A stretch of 64,000 bases of DNA from Lytechinus pictus (Eukaryota), in NCBI RefSeq assembly GCF_037042905.1, contig NC_087246.1:9920001-9984000 (forward strand). Reading direction: 5' to 3'. The position numbers and the translations under genes are program-made. Of this stretch, positions 63,287 through 64,000 are shown piece after piece (the first letter of the stretch is position 1; every line of letters begins with the position of its first letter). The notes under the pieces are model-generated. The model was not told the DNA's origin. It saw only the letters and a list, made by a program, of their open reading frames with translations, and did not search any database.

Positions 63287-64000
63287 TAGCCTCTTGTCGA
63301 GGCCCTGTCGGCTGTTTTCCGAGCGAACATGGCGAAGCAAGGGAGAGAGCGAAACAGAGCGCCGCGAGACAGGGCCTCTTGACATCTGACCCGAATTTCA
63401 CCGACTTTCTTTTGTTTTTTATTGTTTTTACCAATTCACCGACCAAAAACTGGTCGGTGAAAATCATCCAATGAGAGCGCGGGCTGCTATGACGTCATAT
63501 TGAATATTCATGAGCTCATCTTGAATGGCGACCCGTGGATTCTTGGCGAAGAGTGACGACGAAATATCAAAGAGCATTGAATATGCCTCTAAAATGCTGA
63601 ATATTGACCGATTTAAGGATTTGCAAGTCGATAAAATTAAATCTGCACTGAAAGGACGATATATTTTTGTAAATCTACCCACAGGATATGGAAAAAATGT
63701 TATCTTTCATGCGATTCCACTATAGTGTGTCGATTATCGTTCTCCGCGGTGCAGTGAGGGAATGCTGGAGTAGAGTTGTTTCCCCTTGACTCGAGTCTGA
63801 ACAGCGGCTGACCAGTATCTCCCGGGAAGTTTTGGGGCGGTGATGGGTCTGTTACGGCCAGTACTAGTAGTAGTATAGTATAGTACCACTGCTTGTAGCA
63901 TTTTGCTGGTTATATTCCCTTTAGTGTTCCGCAATTAATTGAATCCCCTGCAGAATAGTGGACTACTATAGTATTCCGAACCCCGGACGAAACAGCTTTG
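63287..64000 (+). mobile_element. Probable 5' end of an AcademH-like DNA transposon
   Basis: Abrupt GC shift starting at TAGCCTC, a subterminal hairpin (63295-63384), a CCAAT/CRE promoter and then a RecQ-like helicase fragment. The other end would be outside the window. Confidence 0.55.
63525..63820 (+). pseudogene. RecQ-like SF2 helicase N-terminal fragment (disrupted)
   Basis: FKDLQVDKIKSALKGRYIFVNLPTGYGKNVIFHAIP corresponds to RecQ motif 0/Q plus Walker A. Stop at 63723-63725. Frameshifted VVSP(L)...DQ motif Ia from 63775. Confidence 0.8.

Overview
AT-rich, repeat-dense animal genomic DNA, most consistent with an echinoderm such as a sea urchin (inferred from repeat types and receptor family, not proven). 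The only intact protein-coding genes are four + strand, single-coding-exon class A (rhodopsin-like) GPCRs with an NRY motif in place of DRY (Tre1/Moody/melatonin-receptor/GPR84-like neighbourhood). One divergent member lies at 5.7-6.9 kb and three close tandem paralogues lie at 41-54 kb. Each has a splice acceptor just upstream of its ATG. The rest is a mosaic of non-autonomous DNA transposons (TTAA Kolobok-like, Harbinger-like, Tc1/pogo-like, CACT-terminal, piggyBac-like, CCCGGG-terminal with 8-bp TSD), Helentron/pearl-like elements with internal tandem repeats, tRNA-derived SINEs, decayed LINE fragments and, at the right edge, the probable 5' end of an AcademH-like element with a broken RecQ helicase. 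Best leads: patchwork ancestry (gene conversion) among the three tandem GPCRs; a duplicated promoter/first-exon/intron module upstream of the last GPCR; a minimal U3-A8 variant hammerhead ribozyme between two GPCRs; two different Harbinger-like MITEs stacked at a target site that each insertion regenerates; and a candidate recursive splice site on the minus strand. No prokaryotic systems or CRISPR arrays were seen. All comparisons were made by eye and family names need database confirmation.
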